Assembly: GCA_025594325.1 (NCBI GenBank)
Contig: JANHCV010000003.1
Location: 1,736,001 to 1,800,000, forward strand
Length of the DNA stretch: 64,000 nt
Direction: 5' to 3'
Source: Blastocladiella emersonii ATCC 22665
Taxonomy: Eukaryota > Fungi > Blastocladiomycota
Part shown: positions 57,728-64,000 of the stretch, one piece after another
Layout of the letters: each line of letters starts with the position of its first letter
Position numbering within the stretch: position 1 is the stretch's first letter
Program-made: the position numbers and the translations under genes
The notes under the pieces: generated by a model
Seen by the model: only the letters and a program-made list of their open reading frames with translations
What the model was told of the DNA's origin: nothing
Database searches by the model: none

Positions 57728-60700
57728 ATGAGCGCCGCGGCCAAGCCTACCACCACCACCGCTGTTGCCGCGCGGCAAGAAGTCTCGGGCGACGACCTGA
57801 TCCGGTCGCTCGGCGCGCACCTGGTGCAGCAGTCGCGCCAGCTCAAGGCCGCGGCCGCCGCCGCCAACCCGGGCGGGCTCGGCACCGTCAACGAGGACGA
57901 CACGCTGAGCCTCGCGAGCCGCACCACCGCCGGCACCACGCTGGGCAATGCATCCCACGCCGGCAACGGCGGTGGCGTCGGTGCCCGCCCACCGCGCAAG
58001 TCCTACGCGCCGTCCATCATCTCGTCCATCTTCAGCTTCGCCTCGCCGCGCCGGTCCGCGCAGTCGGTCCAGATCCTCGCTCCGCCACCACCGTCGGCGC
58101 GACCGCCGCCCATCCCGACGGGGATCCAGGTCCGCCGCGCGTCGTCGCCGTCGCACGCGCCGTCCGTGGTCTCGACCAGCGCGCCCGCCGCGTCGACCAT
58201 GGCGGTCCCATCGCCCGGCCGGTTCACCATGGACCCGGCGCACCTCGCCTACCTCGAGTCGCGCTTCCGCTCGTCCCCGCTCGTCCGGGAACATCTCGGG
58301 CTGCCGCCACCACCGCCCTCGTCCGTGTCGGGCGCGGCGGCATCGGATACGGCGTCCGCATCGGGGTCCGGGTGGGGGATCGGCGGCTGGTTCAGGGCGT
58401 CGCAGGAGCCCACCGTCGACGAGTACCTGCTCATCATCTTCAAGTTCCTCGAGTCGCTGCGCATGCTGCGCGTCGCGCCGCTCGGGCGCCGACGAATCGC
58501 CGATTGGGCGTGGCCGCCATCGCAGCTGCTCCCGCCCAGCAGCTTGACCAATGTCTCGACCCTCGAGTTCAAGGGCGTGCTCCCGGCCTCGCTCGATCTC
58601 GCTGAGCTGCACCTCCAGATCTCCACGTTGCTGGTCCAGGCTTCCATCGAGTCGCTTGGTACGCGCCACTCTCGCCCTGCGTGACGACTGTTGCTAATTT
58701 TTCCCGCCGATGTTTCTAGACCAGGCCCTCGCGTACTCGTCGTGGACGCGGCTCGCCCTGCTCGACCTGTCCAACAACTGCCTCGCGCGTCTCGACGCGA
58801 CCGTCCTCGCGCGCGCGCCGTACCTGACCGACCTGGTCCTGCAAAACAACGGCCTCGTCGAATTCCCGGACCTGCGCCCGCTCGTGCACCTCGCGCATCT
58901 CGACCTGTCCTTCAACCGCCTCACCGACGCCTACTCGCCCGCGTGCGCCGCGTACGCCGAGGAACACGGCCAGCTGCCCGTCCACGACTCGCTGCAGCGC
59001 CTCAACGTGCACGCCAACGCGATTGCCTCCCTCGAAACGGTCGCCGCGCAGTTCCCCAACCTCGGCCAGCTCGTCGCGTCGAAAAACCAAATCGTCTCGA
59101 TCCCGCCGCTCGCCGGGCTCGCGAGTCTGGGCGACCTGCAGCTGTGGGGAAACCCCATCGCCGAGGACGAAGCCACGTACCGCGCGGCTCTCCTCGCCGC
59201 GCTCGACCGTACGGACCACCTGCTCGTTGACGGGAATCGACTCGCCCCGCGGGACCCTAAGGCAGCGGTGGCGAAGGGTAAGGGCCGCGCGCGCGTCGTG
59301 TCCATGGCGGGAGACGTGCCGGCCGAGGGCCAGCTCGCGGCCGTCGTCGAGGTCACGCCGCCCAGCACGCCCAGTGTGCAGGCATTGACGCTCGAGCCGC
59401 CATCCTCGGCGCACTCGCAGCAGCAGCTGTCGCCACGGCCCACGGCCCACGCGCGGCGGCCGCGGTACGCGCAGATCGCCGAGACGCCCGCGGTCGCGCC
59501 CGCCGCGCCGCTGGTCCTCAAGAAGCGCGCGTCGTCGACGTCGGTCACGTCGCGCCCGCCGCTCTCATCCAGCTCGCTGTCAAGCCCGACACCTACCCCC
59601 GTCCTCTCGTCCTCGCCAACCGAATCCGCTGCCGAACCCGTGGTCCTCGGCTCGTCGCTCCGCTCGCGCAAATCGGGCGGCGAGCTCGACGCGGCGTACG
59701 CCGAGGAGCGGTACCGGCAGCGCGTCGAGAGCCTCAAGAAGCAGGGCGGGCCCAACTGGATGAAGCAGCTCGTCCAGCAGGACAAGGAGCTCAAGCGCCG
59801 GTCCAACGAGGACATGCGCGACTCGGCCAGCGCGCGGCGAGCGGGCGCGGGTCATGGGCATGGCCGCGGCGCGAGTCTCGGCGGCGCATCGAGCCTGCAC
59901 GAGTTTCTCTCGGCAACGCCGCCGTCGATCGCCGATATCCCGAGTGTCCCCGTGCGCGGATCGGGGGATGGGCTGCATCGCTCGTCCTCGGTCAGTAGCG
60001 CGATCGGGTCCACGCCCGCGGGATCGGCGGTCCTCGAGGCGGGCGAGTCGCGCACCATGACGCCCGCGCGGAATGGCGCGGCGAGTAACGGGACCGGCAG
60101 CAGGACCGGGCTCGCGAGCGGCGGCGGCGGTGGTGGCGGCGGCGGGTCCGACTCGGCCGTCTCGTCCACGACGCCCGTGCAGGACGACTCGCCAGGCCGG
60201 ACACCCGCCGCCGCGCCATCCGGTCTCGCCCAGAAAGTCCCCGTCCGCATCGCGCACCACACCAAGCCCGCGTCCTCCGCAGCCAAGGCCGCCGACCTCG
60301 ACTTTACGGACGGCGAAGTGGACGCGGCCCTCGCCGACCTACCGCTCGCGTCGCTGCTCGTCGCCGAGCTGCACCTGGGCGGCGACGACCAGTCGACGCC
60401 CGCGCGCGTGCAGCTCACGTTCAAGGCGTCGCGCGCCGGCGGCGTCACGTACACGACGCTGCTCACGCAGTCGCCCGAGACGCTCGCGCGGTGGCGCGCC
60501 GCGCTCGACCGCCAGGTCCGCCTCAACGTCGCCAACGCCCACTACGACACGGTGTGTCCACGCGCACAGTGTCTCCTGTGCCACCGGTCTGGGTTCGTGC
60601 GCGATCACGTCCCCAAGAAGGTGGTGGCGGGCGGCGGCAGCGCGGTGGTGGATGAGAAGGAGTCGGCACAGGGCGTTGAGGTGCTCGATGGCCGCGCCGG

Positions 60701-60800
60701 CGCGTACCTCACCGTCGTCCGCCGCAACAAGCAGCTCGTGTGCGCGATGTGCGACAGCGTCGTCGCCGTCCTGTACGGGAGCCTCGGGCCCGACGGCTAG
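57728..60800 (+). CDS. STK11IP/nischarin-like leucine-rich repeat protein with C-terminal Cys knuckles (2 exons)
   Basis: FKFLESLRMLRV, STLEFKGV and WTRLALLDLSNNCL, followed by about six LRRs. YRAALL...LLVDGNRL and YRQRVESLKKQGGPNWM. C-terminal CLLC and CAMC. Intron at about 58658-58720. Confidence 0.7.
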
Positions 60801-60986
60801 GCCGCTGGCGGGAACCGCGTGTAATATATCGATCTCAGTCCTCTCCCAGTCCTCAGGGTCGCCCGGCAAGCGACCGCCTTGGGAGTCGCTCCGGTCTCGG
60901 GAGTCATCGCCACCGCGCTCGTCATCGCCCGTCCCACGACCGCCCGCGCCGGCGCGACTCCTCATGTAATACTCCCTAGCTACTCG

Positions 60987-62940
60987 ATGCAACACGAACC
61001 AGACACCCGATCCGCCGCCCATACCCCAGCGCCAGGCTGCCCGCCCTGGTCCAGCGGTGGTGGTCGACCAGATGCCGCTGCCGACGCCGCGGTGCTTGCG
61101 TACCTCGACACGCACCCGAATCTCACCCGCGCTTTCGTGACCGCAAAGTTGGGCGACGCCGATCTCAACGCCCTGTGCGCACAGATCGCAGCGCACCTGC
61201 GCGACACGACGGCGGTGCGGCCGCCGGCCGCACAGATCGCCGCTCGTCTCACGGCGCTCCGCGCTTCCTTCTCGCACGCCTACCATCTGCGTGATTTGGC
61301 GCAGCGCCGGTTTGCGACGAGCGGCGGTGCGAACCGTAAAATGATCGCCAGGTTTGATGGTATGCGTTTTGTTTGCAGATCATGTGCGAGGCACAGCGGC
61401 CTGATGATGTATCGCTCTTGAATGTATAGCGCAGACGGCCGTCACGTTCCCGCTGTTCCCGCGGCTGCTCGCGGCGTGGGGACCGTTCCTCGACCCGAAC
61501 GCACGGCTGCGGCCGCTCGAGGCCGCGCCAGCAGGCCAGCCGCTTGAGGTCGCGCCCGCCGTCCAGCCGCTCGCGATTGCGCCTGTCGCCGCCCCGCCGG
61601 CCGTCAAGGTCGAGGCGGCAGCAGTCTCCTCGACCGCCGCGCCCATCGAGACGCCGGGTGTTTCTGCAGCGGTGAAGCGCACCGTCAAGGCCGAGCCGGC
61701 AGCGGCGTCCACCATCAAGCAGGAGACGACCCCACCCGCGACGGCGGCCCCAGCAACGCCGCCTCGCGCCCAACCTGCGGCCTCCTCGTCGCCGGCGTGG
61801 TGGCACATGATCGGCACGGACCCCGACGCGGACGTGTCGCCGCTCTCCACGACGCACACCATGTCGCCGCGCTCGCCGCTCTCGCCCACTTCTTCTTCGC
61901 CGCCGTTTCCCGAACCCGTATCCCCCGTCCCGGTTTCGCAGCCACGCCCGCGCCCGCGGCGGCCGCGGCGACCGGCGAGCCCCGACTTTGATCCTCCGCC
62001 CGCAGCAAAACGGCCGCGGCGGTCCAACCGGCCGCAGACCAACGGCGCCGCGACGCCCGCGCGCCGCAGTGGGCGGCCGGATATCATGGCGCCGCTCGTG
62101 TCGTGGCTCGGCGAGGCGCGCAACGGGCTGTTGTGGAGCACGGCGCGCATGGGGTCGATCCGCAAGGTGATCGCGGAGCGCGCGCACACGGCGCTCGCAG
62201 CCAAGGGCGTGTTCGGCGGCAGCCGCGTCACGGCGGCGCAGGTCAAGGAGACGCTCGAGCAGATGCTCGACGCGACTGAGCGCGGCGCCGCGTGGCTCAG
62301 CGGGAACCCCGATCGGTACGTGTGGATCGCGAAGGCGTACGGTAGGGCGTTTCTGAACGGTACGGATTAGGTCCCGAAAATTTGGGGTGTGGGTGGCTAA
62401 CGCGGCATCGGCGTAGCTAGCGGTCGTCGACTACCGGTGCCCGCACTTCCGCGCGCTGTTCCGCGCGTTCATGCTCGGTGACGAGGCCACGCTGCCGAAA
62501 TTCATCACGCGGCCCGACGAGGTCAACGGTGACGATCTCCACGAGCTCGACGACGGCGCCTCGCAGCCGCTCGAGGACCCCGCGGCGGTGCCCGAGGCGA
62601 CCGCGCCCGGGCAGGCGTACCCGCCGTCGTCCGAGGAGTACTATGTGGACAAGATCCTTGACTCGGTCGCCGCCGCGGACGCGGACCACCCGTTCCAGTA
62701 CCACGTCTCGTGGTACGGGTACCCGCCGTCGCACAACCGCTGGAATTTCGGCGAGGACACGGTCCCGACGGCTGCCCTGGCCGTCGCCGAGTTCCACGCC
62801 AAGCACCCGACCGCCCGCGGCCGACGGTCGCCGACGTGGCCGCGTGGGTCGACGCGCGCGAGGACGAGCTGATGCGCGCCAAGGTCGAAGCGGCTGCGGC
62901 CGTGGCGGCGGCGAGCAAGGGCGGGAAGCGGTTTGCTTGA
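60987..62940 (+). CDS. Putative chromatin protein: two Myb/SANT-like helical regions plus C-terminal chromodomain (1-nt frameshift near the end)
   Basis: Chromodomain EEYYVDKILDS...QYHVSWYGYPPSHNRWN...AVAEFHAKHP. Upstream helical regions end in FPLFPRLLAAWG and CPHFRALF. Adding one C at about 62807 gives HPDRPRPT and joins ORF 62710..62940. Confidence 0.6.
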
Positions 62941-63439
62941 GTTGACAATAGAGTGTGCGTGATCTGTTCCAGCGTGTGTGATGGCGGCTCTGATCCGACT
63001 GGGGGGGCGGCGACGAGTCCGACGCGGCCATGAAAATCGCGGCTGAACCCAGGGCCAAACCCTCCGCGCCCGCCACGTGACCTTAACGCGTCTCTCACCG
63101 CATGTCTCGCACCGCGACGCGTCTGCCTCGCCGACCCAGCGGCGACTCCTGGCCGCGCAAAATTAATAAAGGGTAAACAAGGATGGGATCTATGAACTAA
63201 CTGGTGTAAAAATCTGAACAGACGCGCGCCGCGGCCACTGGTTGCGCTCGCCGTGTCCAAACTACTTGGGCTAGCTACGTCACCGCTTTGCTCGTCGCGC
63301 ACTCTCCCCCGAAGCGGTCGCCCCAGTCGTTCATGACCCCGCGGCACAGATCGCGCAGCTCGCGCATATCATAGACGAGGCCGCGGTGTTAGAGTCAGCT
63401 GGCTTCGCGCAGTCGGTTCTCTCGCTCAACCTTCCTGAA

Positions 63440-64000
63440 CACGCGCGTGCACCGCGAGCGGGATCGTTTACGCAGACGGATCGCACCACGCCGCAGTCCT
63501 CAGGCGCCGGACGCGGCCGCGGGCGCAGGCGTTTTCGTGAGTGGGTCACCAGAGCTCGCTGTTGCGTTCCTGGCGGAAACTCCTTGAACCTCCGTTCCGA
63601 GCTGTGGGGAGCACCCGCCGCCGCTGCTTCCACTCGCCACAACGCCAAGCTCGCCTTCACGTAAGGATACTCTCACTTTATCTGAGGGTGCGGGTCCGCG
63701 CAACGTGCTCGCTCGAGTCGGCCATGCTTCGCTGGATCATCGTGGCCCGCGAGCTCCAAGTGAACTTCGAGTGGGTTCGCGGCCACGCGGGGAACTCGGG
63801 CAACGAGGAGGCCGACGCGCTGTTCAACGAGGGCGCCGCCATGCATCTGCCACTGGGAGTCGCGGCCGCCGTCCCCGCGGAGCTGGACACGTGCTTCAAG
63901 GTGCGCTGGCGGGGCTGCAATTTTAATCAAGATGGGCCCGCGACGCGCTCTCCGCCGCCTACACGGTGCGCAACGCGGCTCGCTGCTCGCTCTGACCGCG
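63440..64000 (+). pseudogene. Degenerate RNase H domain, probably a retroelement relic (runs off the window end)
   Basis: FTQTD...GAG and NLRSELWG in one frame, then stops and a frameshift, then VNFEWVRGHAGNSGNEEADAL in another frame. Confidence 0.65.

Overview
This is a GC-rich, gene-dense eukaryotic window with short GT-AG introns (about 40-100 nt, GTACG/GTGAG donors, CTGAC/CTAAC branch points). Gene content points to a flagellated early-diverging fungus, probably Blastocladiomycota- or chytrid-like; this is inference. Housekeeping genes include ornithine aminotransferase, GCN2, SmF, RRP41, glucoamylase, an M20 peptidase, a lipoate ligase and a lysine methyltransferase. Flagellar or centriolar genes are CCDC13, KATNAL2 and a TMEM249/CatSper-auxiliary-like gene. 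Several signalling genes have animal-like architecture: a 12-TM adenylyl cyclase, a membrane-anchored bZIP, an STK11IP-like LRR protein and a Frizzled-like CRD GPI protein. The main finding is a Fanzor1-type (eukaryotic TnpB-like, RNA-guided RuvC) locus at about 31.4-33.4 kb. It is hidden by a 1-nt frameshift that splits it over two frames. It keeps all three RuvC acidic residues and is followed by a nested hairpin that is a candidate omegaRNA scaffold. It lies in a lower-GC island with small orphan membrane ORFs. Other observations are paired ACGCGT boxes at a 12-bp period in promoters, a decayed DUF4470 cluster and an RNase H relic. Family assignments come from recalled motifs; no database searches were run.
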